From positions 512,001 to 576,000 of the forward strand of contig CAVVMW010000023.1 of the NCBI GenBank assembly GCA_963749495.1: a stretch of DNA of 64,000 nucleotides. The letters run 5' to 3'. A model generated the notes under the pieces. The model made no database searches, was not told the origin of the DNA, and saw only the letters and a program-made list of their open reading frames with translations. Shown in pieces: positions 11,127 to 21,545 of this stretch. The stretch's first letter is position 1; every line of letters begins with the position of its first letter. The position numbers and the translations under genes are program-made. This stretch comes from an uncultured bacterium (GTDB lineage: Bacteria; Verrucomicrobiota; Verrucomicrobiia; Limisphaerales; UBA8199).

Positions 11127-11144
11127 GCAGATAAAGTACGAATG

Positions 11145-12576
11145 TCACGCGGTTCGATTGAGGCGGTTGCCCCGCATGGGTAGGCCGCTGATCCTCTGCA
11201 GCGCCTGGACCACCTGCAGGCTGGACTCGCCGATCGGAGCGCCCACCTCCAGTTGGACGAACCGCCGGCGCTGCTCCCGTTCCAGGGCCGGGTTGTCCAG
11301 GTAGGCATTGATATGCCCGGCCCACTCCCCAGGGGAACGCGCGAACCTGGCCGCGCCCAATTCGACCACCGGACGGTAATGCTCGAAGCGGTAGAAATAC
11401 TCCCACAGGGGCCGGCCAAAGGGGGGCGGATTCTGAACGTCGAAGGCCAGGTTCACCACCGGGCGGTCGTGGATGGCAAAGTCCAGGGTCATGGTCGAGG
11501 CCAGATTAGTGTTCAAGTCCGCGTGGCAGGTCAGATTGGCCAGGAAATGGACGTCCTCCATCCGGGGGATGCAGCGGGCCCAATTGCCCGCCTGGGTGTG
11601 CCGCCAGGCAGGTTGGGCGAAGATCATCTCCGGGTACTGGGCGCGCACGGCCTGAAAACGCGCCCCGTCGTCCACCGGGCATGGCCTGACCAGCACCTGG
11701 GGCGAGCCTTTGACCTGGCCCGAACGGACCAGGCCCATCAGCAGGCCGACGTGCAACGGGTCCTCGGGATTGGTCCCGATGTCGCCGCCCGAGTAGCAGA
11801 TCAGGGGCCGGCCCGGGTCGGCGCCGATGCGCCGGAAAAACTCCTCCCGGGTCCACAACAATGTCCGGTCCGCATAGGGGTCGAACTGCGGGGTGCCCAC
11901 AATGTGAATGCGCTCCGGGAGGACATCGGGATAGTACCTGGAGGAGTTCCTGGCGCATCAACGGGCTCCAGACCAGGTAATGGTCGAAGGGTGCGGCAAT
12001 CCGGCCCTTGCTGGTCAGGTTGTCCCAGCTAAAGATGAAACAGGCGGTGGGGATGCCCAGCGAGCGGGCGGCCAGCACTGCCGGAAGGATCTCCAGCGGC
12101 CGCTGGTGCGAGCAGAAGAGCACGGTGGCGCCAAACTCGCGAAACAGGGCTCGGTAATGAGCGACTTGCGGCACCCGGGCGACCTCGCGGCAATGGCGGC
12201 GCTCCAGGAACCGGATGCCCCGGGGCGAACCGAAGAGGCGCCCGGCCAGGCGGGCACCCCGCAGCATCAGCCGCCGGCGCCTGCTCCCCCGCAACTCCGC
12301 CTGGCGCCCGTAGCGCATGCTCTGGCTGTCGCCCCAGAACATCTGGGCGTAGGCCAGCGAATACCGCAAGGTCGCTGCCAGCGCAGATTCCAGATACGGC
12401 TCAAGCTTCTCCCATCAATAGTGTCCGTTCCAAGCCCCGGCATACTCTTGCAGGGTGTCATCGGGGATGGGGTGCAAGACCAGGCCGCCGCTGTGCTTGG
12501 CCAGGAGCGAGAGGAACGGCCCCAAAACAAAGTTCCGGATGCCGACGCCGTCCGGGAGCAGAATGATGGGCGTCAT
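11145..12576 (-). CDS. GT-B fold protein, possible nonulosonate transferase (in-frame TGA at 12415, frameshift near 11938)
   Basis: MTPIILLPDGVGIRNF..FSWDNLTSKGR..GTPQFDPY..ASTMTLDFAIHDRPVVN assembled from three ORF pieces. Confidence 0.65.
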
Positions 12577-12598
12577 AGCAGAATCATTGTTGGCAAAA

Positions 12599-14005
12599 TC
12601 ATTTGGAGAATTGCCGCCGGCGCCCCCCATCCAGAGCGGCGGCGAAGAAGCTCTTGCAGGTCTGGCTGACAGCTTCCATGCAGAGCTGGCCCATCTGGGC
12701 GGGCGGAACGGCCGCTTCCGCAAGCCGGCCCCCTTGCCACAAACTCCATAGCTCCTCAAGAACCCCGGCGATGCGGGCCGAGTCGGAAGGCAGACAACGA
12801 TAAGGATAGCCGGCGCCCAACAGGTTGCAGACCACCGACTCCTTGGGCGAAAGGGCGAGAACCGGTTTCTTGCACAACAGGCAATCGGTGAGTTTGGCGG
12901 GAAAGAAAGGACTTTCGGCGTTATCGGCCTCGAGCACCACGCAAACCGCCGCCTGGCGCGCCAACTCGAGGGAGTGGGCGTAAGTGACGCGCTCTTCGAT
13001 GAAGCGAACACCCGGCGTGCGGAGGGCCTCTGCCCAGCGCGGATCAGCCTTGTGAAACCGGTTGACCCCCCCGACGAAGAGCAATTCCCCTTGTCGGCAG
13101 CGCGCAGGGTCTTTGGCGGCAAATCGGCGGAAGCCCTCGATCAAGCCCCAGGGCTGCCTGGGTTCCAAGAGGCTGCCGGCGTGGAGTATGACGAAACGGC
13201 CGGGCTTGCCCTGGGCGTTGGCGGCTGCCTGGTACTCCGCAGCCATCGGGGTCTCTCCGACAATATGAGGGATCACCACGCCCTTGCCGCGATACCGGGC
13301 CAACTTCCCGCGCAACGTCCAGCGCAGCAGGCGGTCGCTCGGGAATGAAACCCAGTCGGCCGCTCGAATGATGCGCGCATTCCATTTTTCCTGCAAGGCC
13401 GACATTAGAAAAGGGTGCCGGCAGTATGGCTCCGGATAAAGGCTCAGCGGAAATGGGTCATGGTAATTGGCCACCCAAGGCACCGGCCCATCCAGGCCGG
13501 CCATTGCCAGGTGCGGCTCAAACCCGGCACCCGCCCCGCGCACGAAAACCAGGTCGGGTTGCTCCAGGGCTATCGTCGCGCGCAGCATCTTGCGCCAGAG
13601 CCGGATCTCGGCCCAGGTTTCCGGGGCGAAACCCGTGCCATAAGCGATAAGGGCGCCGAGCTTGCGCCTGCAAAAACCGGGCCGCCCGTTGCCAGGCTCA
13701 GGAGCGCGCACGACCTTGTCCGCGCCTTTCTTCCAGAGCGGTGCCGGACACGCGGACGAGGACGCTCGCGCTCCTTTCGGGGATCGGCCCCAGGCGGAGG
13801 CATTACCGACCGGAATCAGCTTGAGTGATTTGAGCCATGCACCGTGACATCGGAGCTGTTCAGGCGTGACTGATGGGGCGGGCGCCAGGCAAACCACCTC
13901 CAGCCCGGCCTCCAGCAGGCTGTAAAGGAACTTGGCTGAACAGATGCCCTCCGAGGTACGGTCCAGGCCCAGGAACTTGACCGTAACCAGGACCTTCATG
14001 GGCAA
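12599..14005 (-). CDS. Glycosyltransferase (GT4-like)
   Basis: HAGSLLEPR, FFPAKLTDCL motifs; operon context. Confidence 0.8.
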   Translation of the reverse strand: MPMKVLVTVKFLGLDRTSEGICSAKFLYSLLEAGLEVVCLAPAPSVTPEQLRCHGAWLKSLKLIPVGNASAWGRSPKGARASSSACPAPLWKKGADKVVRAPEPGNGRPGFCRRKLGALIAYGTGFAPETWAEIRLWRKMLRATIALEQPDLVFVRGAGAGFEPHLAMAGLDGPVPWVANYHDPFPLSLYPEPYCRHPFLMSALQEKWNARIIRAADWVSFPSDRLLRWTLRGKLARYRGKGVVIPHIVGETPMAAEYQAAANAQGKPGRFVILHAGSLLEPRQPWGLIEGFRRFAAKDPARCRQGELLFVGGVNRFHKADPRWAEALRTPGVRFIEERVTYAHSLELARQAAVCVVLEADNAESPFFPAKLTDCLLCKKPVLALSPKESVVCNLLGAGYPYRCLPSDSARIAGVLEELWSLWQGGRLAEAAVPPAQMGQLCMEAVSQTCKSFFAAALDGGRRRQFSK

Positions 14006-15105
14006 GCCTCCAGGCTGTCCACGATCCGCTCGGCAGCGTGCCCATCTCCGTATGGGTTCTTCTCGATGACCATGGCAGCCCGGGCCAGCGGGTCGGTTAT
14101 CAGCAGGCCGGCTTCGGACACGATTCGCTCCCGGAGGGTGCCAATCAGTTTCACCGCGCCAGCCTGCACTCCCTCGGGTCGTTCGGTGGTTTCGCGCATG
14201 ACCAGGACCGGCAAACCCAGACTCGGGGCCTCCTCCTGCAGGCCTCCCGAATCGGTCAAAACGAACAGGCAGCGTTTCATGAGATGGGCCAGCGCGTCGT
14301 AGGCCAGCGGCTCGGTGAGCAGCACGTTGGGCACGCCGGCCAGGATCTCGCGCGCCGGGCCGCAGACGTTCGGGTTGGGATGCACCGGATACACAAAGGC
14401 CAGGCCCTCCTGGCGAAAGCTCTGCGCCAGGTCGCGAATGGCCAGAAAAACCCGGCGCAGGGGCTCGCCAAAACTCTCGCGCCGATGGGCGGTGACCAGG
14501 ACCAGTTTAGGAAAGCGGAGGGCCTCCGCCAAAGGGCTGCCGTTCCAATCGAAGGGCCTCTTGAGGATAGCCGTCAGGGCGTCCACAACGGTGTTTCCGG
14601 TGACCGGCGCTCGTTCGACAGGCACCCCTTCGGCGATGAGGTTGCGTTGCGCCAGACCCGTCGGGCAAAAGTAGAGGTCCGCCACCAGGTCGGCGATTCG
14701 CCGGTGGATCTCCTCCGGAAACGGGTGCAGCCTGTTGTGGGAGCGCAAGCCGGCCTCGACATGCCCGAACCGGATGCGCCGATAGAAGGCGGCCATGGCC
14801 GCGGCCATCACTGAGGCGGTGTCTCCCTGTGCCAGCAGCCACGCCGGCCTGACCTGGTCCACGGTCTTGTCGATGACCTGAAACAAGCGGCCGGCCAAAG
14901 CGCCGAGTCCCTGGTCGTGAGTCATGACGTTGAGCTCGATGTCCGGCTCGATCCCGAACAGGTTCCAGATCGGGGCGAGCATCTCGCAGTGCTGCCCGGT
15001 CGAGCACAGACACGATTCGATGCCTTGCCTTCTTTGAAGTTCCTGGACGACCGGCGCCATCTTGATGGCTTCCGGGCGTGTGCCCACGAGGACCAGCACT
15101 CTCAT
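13996..15105 (-). CDS. wecB: UDP-N-acetylglucosamine 2-epimerase (non-hydrolysing)
   Basis: GTRPEAIKMAP, HVEAGLRS, TDSGGLQEEAP, NPYGDG. Confidence 0.95.
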   Translation of the reverse strand: MRVLVLVGTRPEAIKMAPVVQELQRRQGIESCLCSTGQHCEMLAPIWNLFGIEPDIELNVMTHDQGLGALAGRLFQVIDKTVDQVRPAWLLAQGDTASVMAAAMAAFYRRIRFGHVEAGLRSHNRLHPFPEEIHRRIADLVADLYFCPTGLAQRNLIAEGVPVERAPVTGNTVVDALTAILKRPFDWNGSPLAEALRFPKLVLVTAHRRESFGEPLRRVFLAIRDLAQSFRQEGLAFVYPVHPNPNVCGPAREILAGVPNVLLTEPLAYDALAHLMKRCLFVLTDSGGLQEEAPSLGLPVLVMRETTERPEGVQAGAVKLIGTLRERIVSEAGLLITDPLARAAMVIEKNPYGDGHAAERIVDSLEACP

Positions 15106-15115
15106 AGACCCCGGT

Positions 15116-16120
15116 TCAAGAAGGTGAACCCTTGCGCAGGATGACCAGCAGATTGTGGCCTTCGCCCCGGGCCGCAAAAGGCCTCAAACTCACAGCCTGG
15201 GACCAGCCCGAGATGCTTCGCCGCACTGCCCGGACGAGCCAGCGAAGGCCAAACCGCTCCAAGGCGGCCCGGAATCCGGCGGCGCGCACTGAATCCTCCC
15301 CAGAGGCCCTCCCCGCCATTACGGTGCCCTGACCCCGGGTAAACCACTCGACGGTTGCCAACCCGAACCGTGTGCCGTACCGGGATACGCTGTCCGCGTC
15401 GAAGTAGAACAGATGTTCCAGGCTGGTTCTGAACCCGAACCAATTGGCGGGGCCGATGGCCCTGGCGCAGCCGTAGTTGGGCGTGGACAAAACCAGGAGA
15501 CCATTGGGCCTGAGCCTGGACGCCGTCATTCTGAAGAACTCCGAGGGGCTGGGGACGTGCTCGATCACCTCGAAGGCCAAAACCAGGTCGAATTGCCTCT
15601 GCCCGGGCAGCGAGGCCAGACTCTCCGAAAGGAACTCGATGGTCGGATAACGCCTCCTGGCCTGCCGGATGGCGGAGGGGGAGACATCGATGCCGGTGAC
15701 CCGCGCACCCGCCCGGCAGAGCAGGTGCGTGGTTTCGCCGCTGGCGCAGCCCACCTCCAGGCAGTCTGCGCCTTCCAGGCCAGCGAACCCGGACACGATC
15801 CGCAGCCTTTCCCTAGCGGTCTCCATCAGTTGGCGCCGCATGTGGCGCGCGAAATAGTGCCCATATCCCAGCGCCTCGGTGGGGCGTTGCTGCTGTTTCT
15901 TGGTGTAGTAGCCCGCACCGTAGAGCCGCCCCAGGCGCTCGGGCTTCGGCCGCGGCGACAGGTAGCACAAACCGCACTGCCGGCACTCGACCGCATCGAG
16001 CCCGTCCGGGCGTCTGATAACCGGGCGCGCCTCCGCGCTCCCGCAGTAATCGCAAGCCCCCGACTCAAGGTCCGCGGTTGACCAAAGTGCAGCGGCCCTC
16101 TCTGGCGAGGCCGGATTCAT
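15116..16120 (-). CDS. Class I SAM-dependent methyltransferase with N-terminal Cys pairs
   Basis: CDYCG..CRQCG, LEVGCASG, FEVIEHV. Confidence 0.9.
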   Translation of the reverse strand: MNPASPERAAALWSTADLESGACDYCGSAEARPVIRRPDGLDAVECRQCGLCYLSPRPKPERLGRLYGAGYYTKKQQQRPTEALGYGHYFARHMRRQLMETARERLRIVSGFAGLEGADCLEVGCASGETTHLLCRAGARVTGIDVSPSAIRQARRRYPTIEFLSESLASLPGQRQFDLVLAFEVIEHVPSPSEFFRMTASRLRPNGLLVLSTPNYGCARAIGPANWFGFRTSLEHLFYFDADSVSRYGTRFGLATVEWFTRGQGTVMAGRASGEDSVRAAGFRAALERFGLRWLVRAVRRSISGWSQAVSLRPFAARGEGHNLLVILRKGSPS

Positions 16121-17388
16121 GCCAGGGCGGTCGAGGCCTCAACACCCGCCGGGGCCGACCGCCAGGTGAAATCCATGACTGCGAATTGGGCGCCAGCAGT
16201 CAGGGCCACCCCAGACTTGAAAAAGTCCCCGTCCGCGACTTCGACTCTCCCTGCATCTGAAATCCAGTCCTGGAGCGTCTCGTTAATCTGGAGCCACAGC
16301 TCCAGCTTGTACTGGCCCGGCGCCAGGCTCAGGCGGGGGATGTCGCAGATCAGCCAACCGCCGGGACTGACAGGCGGCAGGCCCTTGCCCAGCAGTTTGC
16401 TGTCCAGGAGCACGACCCGTTGATCCAGGGCATCGAGGAAGCAGAGCGAAATCCTGGGGTTGTCGGCCCGTTGGGAATTGGACAGGCTCAGGCCGATGCG
16501 AGCCGGTTTTCCGCAGAGCAGACCCGCCAAAGGTGCGCCCTCGGGCGTGGTCATGCGGATTTCACGGACCTTGACCTCGCCAGCGCCTTTGCGGTCGGCG
16601 ATGGATTCGAGGTTCAAACCCTGCCTGCCTGCGGTGGCCTTGAGATAGCCCTGGACGACCGTCTCCGTGCTGCCGGCCAGGGCCACACGCCCCTGGCTCA
16701 GCAGCAGGGCCTTGGTGCAGAGATGCTGGATGGCAGCCATATTGTGGCTCACAAAGAGGATGGTCAGCCCGTGTTCCGCCACGTCGCGCATCCGGGCCAG
16801 GCATTTCCTTTGGAACAGGGCATCGCCCACCGCCAGCACCTCGTCCACGAACAGAATATCAGGCTCCAGGTGCGCCGCAACAGAAAACGCCAAGCGCAGG
16901 TACATCCCGCTCGAGTAGTGCTTGACCGGCATGTCGATGAATCTCTCGACCTCGGCAAAGGCGACGATTTCATCGAGCTTCGCCTCGATTTCGGCGCGGC
17001 GCATGCCCAGGATGGCCCCGTTGAGAAACACGTTTTCGCGGCCGGTCAACTCGGGATGGAAGCCGGTGCCGACCTCCAGCAGGCTCCCGACCCGGCCATG
17101 GATTTCGGCAAAGCCCTCGGTGGGCTCGGTAATGCGGGAAAGCACCTTGAGCAGCGTGCTCTTGCCGGCCCCGTTGCGCCCGATAATTCCGACAACCTCC
17201 CCGCGTTTGATCTCGAACGAGACTTCTTTCAACGCCCAGAAAGGCTCCCCGCCGCGCTCTTTGCCGCCCGCCGAAGGCACAAACAACCCTGCCACCGTGT
17301 CGCGGAAGGTCTTGTAAGCCGCGCGCTTTGCCCCGGCAATGCGAAAGCGCTTGCCCAGGCTCTCCGCTCGAATCGCGATGTCAGACAT
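16117..17388 (-). CDS. wzt: Polysaccharide ABC transporter ATP-binding subunit with C-terminal Wzt_C domain
   Basis: GRNGAGKSTLL, YSSGM, VDEVLAVGD. Confidence 0.95.
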   Translation of the reverse strand: MSDIAIRAESLGKRFRIAGAKRAAYKTFRDTVAGLFVPSAGGKERGGEPFWALKEVSFEIKRGEVVGIIGRNGAGKSTLLKVLSRITEPTEGFAEIHGRVGSLLEVGTGFHPELTGRENVFLNGAILGMRRAEIEAKLDEIVAFAEVERFIDMPVKHYSSGMYLRLAFSVAAHLEPDILFVDEVLAVGDALFQRKCLARMRDVAEHGLTILFVSHNMAAIQHLCTKALLLSQGRVALAGSTETVVQGYLKATAGRQGLNLESIADRKGAGEVKVREIRMTTPEGAPLAGLLCGKPARIGLSLSNSQRADNPRISLCFLDALDQRVVLLDSKLLGKGLPPVSPGGWLICDIPRLSLAPGQYKLELWLQINETLQDWISDAGRVEVADGDFFKSGVALTAGAQFAVMDFTWRSAPAGVEASTALA

Positions 17389-18346
17389 CGCTTCGTTTGT
17401 CTGCGATGACGTCCTCGATCATCCGGTCCAGGGAGTGGCGGGGTTTCCACCCAATCAACGAGTGGATTTTCCGAATGGAAGGCACTCGACGCTGCATGTC
17501 CTCGAATCCCCCGCCATAGACCAGTTCGTAATCCATATTCCGGATGAGTGACTTGGAGCCGGTCTTCCTGACGACCAACTCGGCCAGGTCCCTGATCGAG
17601 ATCTCCTCGTCATTGCCCACATTGAAGACCTCCCCGGCGGCCCGCGGGCATTCCATGAGCCCCACCAGCGCCTCAACCACATCAGCGACGTGGCAAAAGC
17701 ACCGCCGTTGGGAGCCGTCCCCGTGGACGATTAACTCCCGTCCCTGAAGGGCGGCGGTGACGAAGCGCGGCAGGACCATGCCGTATTGGCCGCTCTGCCG
17801 GGGACCGACCGTGTTGAAAAGGCGCGCCACGACTACCGGCAGGCGTGATTCCTTCCAGTGTGCCAAGGCCAGGAACTCGTCGAGCGCCTTGGCCCCGGCA
17901 TAGGCCCAGCGGTGTTTGTGGGTCGGCCCCTCCAGCCGGTCGCCCTCTTCGCGAAATGGCACGTCCTCGGACTTGCCATAGACCTCGCTGGTGCTGGTAA
18001 TCAGGAACCGCTTTCGGTAGCGCGCCGCCGCGCCCAGCACCGCATCGGTCCCCTGGAAGATGCTCTGGATCGTTTGGACCGGCCGTTCCATGATCAGCTT
18101 GACGCCGACCGCGCTCGCGAGGTGAAAGATCTGGCCGCACTCGCGCGCCAGGGCCTCGACCAATTCCAGGCGCAGCACCGTGTCCTTGATGAAACGCAGC
18201 CGGGGTTCCTTTTCCAGGCCCACGATGTTCTCGTAGCGCCCGGTGCTCAAATCATCGAGGATGGTGACCTGCTGGCCCGCCGCGATCAGGCGTTCCGCCA
18301 GGTGCGACCCGATGAAACCAGCGCCGCCGGTGATTAGGGAGTGCAT
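17381..18346 (-). CDS. NAD-dependent nucleotide-sugar epimerase/dehydratase
   Basis: ITGGAGFIGSH, STSEVYG, YAGAK, RLFNTVGPRQ. Confidence 0.93.
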   Translation of the reverse strand: MHSLITGGAGFIGSHLAERLIAAGQQVTILDDLSTGRYENIVGLEKEPRLRFIKDTVLRLELVEALARECGQIFHLASAVGVKLIMERPVQTIQSIFQGTDAVLGAAARYRKRFLITSTSEVYGKSEDVPFREEGDRLEGPTHKHRWAYAGAKALDEFLALAHWKESRLPVVVARLFNTVGPRQSGQYGMVLPRFVTAALQGRELIVHGDGSQRRCFCHVADVVEALVGLMECPRAAGEVFNVGNDEEISIRDLAELVVRKTGSKSLIRNMDYELVYGGGFEDMQRRVPSIRKIHSLIGWKPRHSLDRMIEDVIADKRSDV

Positions 18347-18411
18347 GTCGGCGCAGCATGTATTCGGCCATCCGGATGGGGAACGGCGATTTCTCTCCAA
18401 GGTTTCATAAA

Positions 18412-18480
18412 GTGGTGGATGGTTGACGGTTGAGAGTTGAGGATTTGACTACGGATGGGCACGGATGGACACGGATGGGG
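18412..18480. repeat. Short tandem repeats (GTTGA(C/G)x) and (CACGGATGGx)
   Basis: ggatggttgacggttgagagttgagg followed by ctacggatgggcacggatggacacggatgg. Confidence 0.75.
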
Positions 18481-18531
18481 GACCACCGGTGCCATGAGGT
18501 TTGAATTAGGAGTGCCATGAGTGGGAACGCA

Positions 18532-19049
18532 TCAGGGGATTGATTCGGCGGTCCAGGGGACATGGGCCATGTCTTGAATCTCGACAACGCGGGGGTGAGC
18601 GTCGATCGGTTTAACGAGTTGCTTGAGCTTTTGCTGCACCTCGGCGACATCGTAAGCTCTGGGAAAGAGCTTGGAGTGGGTCCTCCGTTGCTCCAGATGC
18701 AGGACTATGCGCAGTTTGGTGCATGTCAGCGACCGGTGGGCAAAGGCGTGGTCGTTGTGGCCTAGCTCGACATTGGCAGCGAAGAGGCCCGCAAGGGTGT
18801 CGCGCGCCTTGATTGCCACCTCGTCCCAAAGAGGGATTTTATCTTTCGGTCGGGGGCCGAACCGGTAGTCCTTCAACTCGACCATCCAGAGCGATCCGGA
18901 GCCGGGTCGAAGCCAAGAAAATCAACGCCCTTATTGCCGGTGCAGCAGTTCTGGAAGTGCTTACGATAAAACGCCCAATTGTCGTATTTTGTAACGAGCC
19001 AGGTATTTGGGAACTCGCAGGCGAGCTTGCCCTCGATGACTCTTTGCAC
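18532..19049 (-). CDS. Hypothetical PD-(D/E)xK nuclease-like protein (frameshift near 18895)
   Basis: Manual join: MQRVIEGKLACEFPNTWLVTKYDNWAFYRKHFQ..KGVDF..LWMVELKDYR..KARDTLAGL. Confidence 0.6.
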
Positions 19050-19063
19050 GGTGTGCGGCCTGG

Positions 19064-20159
19064 TTAACTTGCTGATTGCAGGTTGTCAGCAACGGGACCG
19101 GCGGCTTCAGACTCCGCCGCGAGGTAGCGGTCCGACTGGGCGAGATCTTCGTCGAGGGCACTAATATTGCCAACGTCGTCCATGGTGTCCCCGTGTTGGA
19201 CACTCACGCCGTCGGCTCCCAGGTGGAGTCCGAAGCATCGTGTGTCGAGCGTTTTGAAGTCTCGCTCACGGAGAATGTGTAATTCGCGCATCAAAAAGAG
19301 ACTATGGGTAGCTATGAAGACCTGAATGCCGCTGGCGGCAATCTGGAGAATCGTCCAAGCGATGGTCTTGATGATTCTGGGGTTGAGATTGGCGTCGGGC
19401 TCGTCCCAGAAGAGATAGCCTTTGTCGAGGAGCGAACCGGTGGCAATCAGCCTAGCAACCATGGCGAGTTTGCGCAGGCCTTCGGCAACCAAGTGCATTT
19501 CCATGTTGCCCGATGCGAGGTGGAGATAAAAGCGGCCTGACTTGTCCAGGTCAACGCTTCCGCCCATCGCCTCCTCAATGGGAACGAGGAGTTCTTTGAT
19601 GCGGTGTTCTCGTGGGCCTTTTGCCAAGGGCGCGCCCAGCAGGATGCAGGTGTCGCGCCAGGTCTCGGGGAACTGGAGGCTGCGTTGTTTCATAGAGGGA
19701 GACGAAGCCCGGGTAGATGCTGAGCAGCTCCCGTGTAGGAAGAAAGACCGGCAGTCTGTCAGCCCATGAACTGGGTGCTTTTGTGAGTTTTATGTTCGAC
19801 GTAGCCACTGTGGAGAACTGTAGCGACATATCGAGTTCTTTGGGTGCAAACGCGAAGGCGAGCTTGCAGGCTGTGTGGCCGCCCCCGAGACGTCGACGCG
19901 CAAGGCGACCAATGCCATCCGGACGAAAGACGTTGCGGAGCTTGTCTGCCAAAGATGTCTCCAGGAGTGCTTTGGTGGGGGGATTCATCGGTGAACTTAC
20001 GGCGCGTTGGGCGCTTGTCGCAATCGCGGCATAGGCAACGTTGAGAACGTGCGACTTGCCTGAGCCGTTCTCGCCGATGATGACGTTCAAATTCTTGCCG
20101 AACACGAGGTCGGCTTTGGGGAACACCGTGAAGTTTTCGATGTGCAACGACCTTAGCAT
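19064..20159 (-). CDS. ABC/AAA_21-type ATPase (frameshift near 19680)
   Basis: Walker A GENGSGKS, signature-like VAEGLRK, Walker B LFWDEPD, H-loop ATHS; no TM partner. Confidence 0.88.
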
Positions 20160-20315
20160 GGCGATGTGCAGTTAAAGGTTGATGTCTCGTATTCCTGCCG
20201 GAATCGCTCCAGCAGCGGCAGGTCCATCAGGTCTTTCTCGCGTCCGCTGGCGCGTTTGCTGGCGATGATGTCCTTCACGTACGGCTTGAGCCGGTTGAAA
20301 CTGTGGGCGGCTCAT
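20153..20315 (-). pseudogene. Internally deleted nucleotidyltransferase-like remnant
   Basis: MSRPQFQPAQA start joined out of frame to KDIIASKRASGREKDLMDLPLLERF, a C-terminus typical of small nucleotidyltransferases. Confidence 0.5.
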
Positions 20316-20581
20316 TTCGGGCGTTTGAAGCCGAGATAGGCCGGCAGATTCGCCTCGCACCACGCGCGATACTCCGCCATCGTGTCGAATGCCCGCCATG
20401 CGGCATCGTCCAAAACGGGTTTGTACATCCGGCAGAATCCGTACTTGATGCGCTGGACCATTGGCCGCTGCATCTGGCGCCGACACTGGTCGCGGAACTC
20501 GTCCCAGCCGCGACCTTCGGGGGCCTGAATCCCATCCAGGGCGCCGGCTAACGTCCCGTTCGGCGCTTCCCTTCTGGGCAT
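20312..20581 (-). CDS. Small hypothetical protein (possible antitoxin-like partner of the remnant)
   Basis: MPRRE..YKPVLDDAAWRAFDTMAEYRAWCEANLPAYLGF; stop overlaps next ATG (ATGA). Confidence 0.65.
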   Translation of the reverse strand: MPRREAPNGTLAGALDGIQAPEGRGWDEFRDQCRRQMQRPMVQRIKYGFCRMYKPVLDDAAWRAFDTMAEYRAWCEANLPAYLGFKRPK

Positions 20582-20675
20582 CGGACTTGCATTTCGTTCG
20601 CTCACTGTGAAAAAAATAGCGCCGGCTTTCGACCAATTCAACTCCCTTGACTGCGAATTTGCAGTTGGTGCTTGC

Positions 20676-21545
20676 CTACACAACGTCCGCAAAATTCCGT
20701 TCCATCCGGCGGAAGTAAAACGCGCCGGTGACCAGGACCAGGATGGCCGAAAGGGCCGAAATCAGGACCATCGGGCCCGGGCGCGTGGCTGTGCCCAGCA
20801 AGGCCCAGCGGAAGCCCTCGACCACACCGGCCAGAGGATTCAGGCCGTAGAGGCTCTGGGCCAGGGGATGCGACTTGAGGCAACTGCTCGAGTAAACGAT
20901 GGGCGTGGCGAACATCCAGAATTGGGTCAGGAACGGGATGGCATAGCGGATGTCGCGGTACTCGACATTGAGGGCCGAAAGCCAAAGGCCCACGCCGAGG
21001 CTGGTCACAAAGGTGAGCAGCAGGAACAACGGCAGCCAGATGATGTTCGCCGTGGGCCAGACATGGAAGAAGGGCATCATCACCAGCAGCACGGCGAAGG
21101 AGATGCAGAAATCCACGATGCCGGAGAGCACGCTCGCAATCGGAATGATCAGGCGGGGGAAATAGACTTTCTTGAGCAGGTTCTGGCTGCCCACCAGGCT
21201 GCTGGAAGATTGGGCCAGTCCGTAGGCAAAGAACGTCCAGGGCACCAGCCCGGCCAGGCTGGCAATCGCGTAGGGACGATCATCCAAACGCCCCTTGCCC
21301 AGGTTGCCGAAAAAGATCGTGAACACCACCATCATCAGGAGCGGCTGGAGCACGGCCCAGGCGATGCCCAGGGCAGTCTGTTTGTAGCGGACCTTGATGT
21401 CGCGCCAGGTCAGAAAGTAGAGCAGTTCGCGGTATTCCCAGAGTTCGTCAAGCCTGAGCGGGACCCAGCCCCGGGAAGGTTGGATGCGAATGAGGGGAAG
21501 GTCCACGGTCAGACCCGGATGGTTGGCGTCTTGCGGTTTGTTCAC
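20676..21545 (-). CDS. wzm: Polysaccharide ABC transporter permease
   Basis: ELWEYRELLYFLTWRDIKVRYKQT, KVYFPR, LNP; GTG start overlaps asnB stop. Confidence 0.95.
   Translation of the reverse strand: MNKPQDANHPGLTVDLPLIRIQPSRGWVPLRLDELWEYRELLYFLTWRDIKVRYKQTALGIAWAVLQPLLMMVVFTIFFGNLGKGRLDDRPYAIASLAGLVPWTFFAYGLAQSSSSLVGSQNLLKKVYFPRLIIPIASVLSGIVDFCISFAVLLVMMPFFHVWPTANIIWLPLFLLLTFVTSLGVGLWLSALNVEYRDIRYAIPFLTQFWMFATPIVYSSSCLKSHPLAQSLYGLNPLAGVVEGFRWALLGTATRPGPMVLISALSAILVLVTGAFYFRRMERNFADVV

Noticed and set aside
12415..12417. Selenocysteine or alternative genetic code
   Set aside because: TGA is the normal stop for many genes here, and there is no Cys-type catalytic context or recognisable SECIS.
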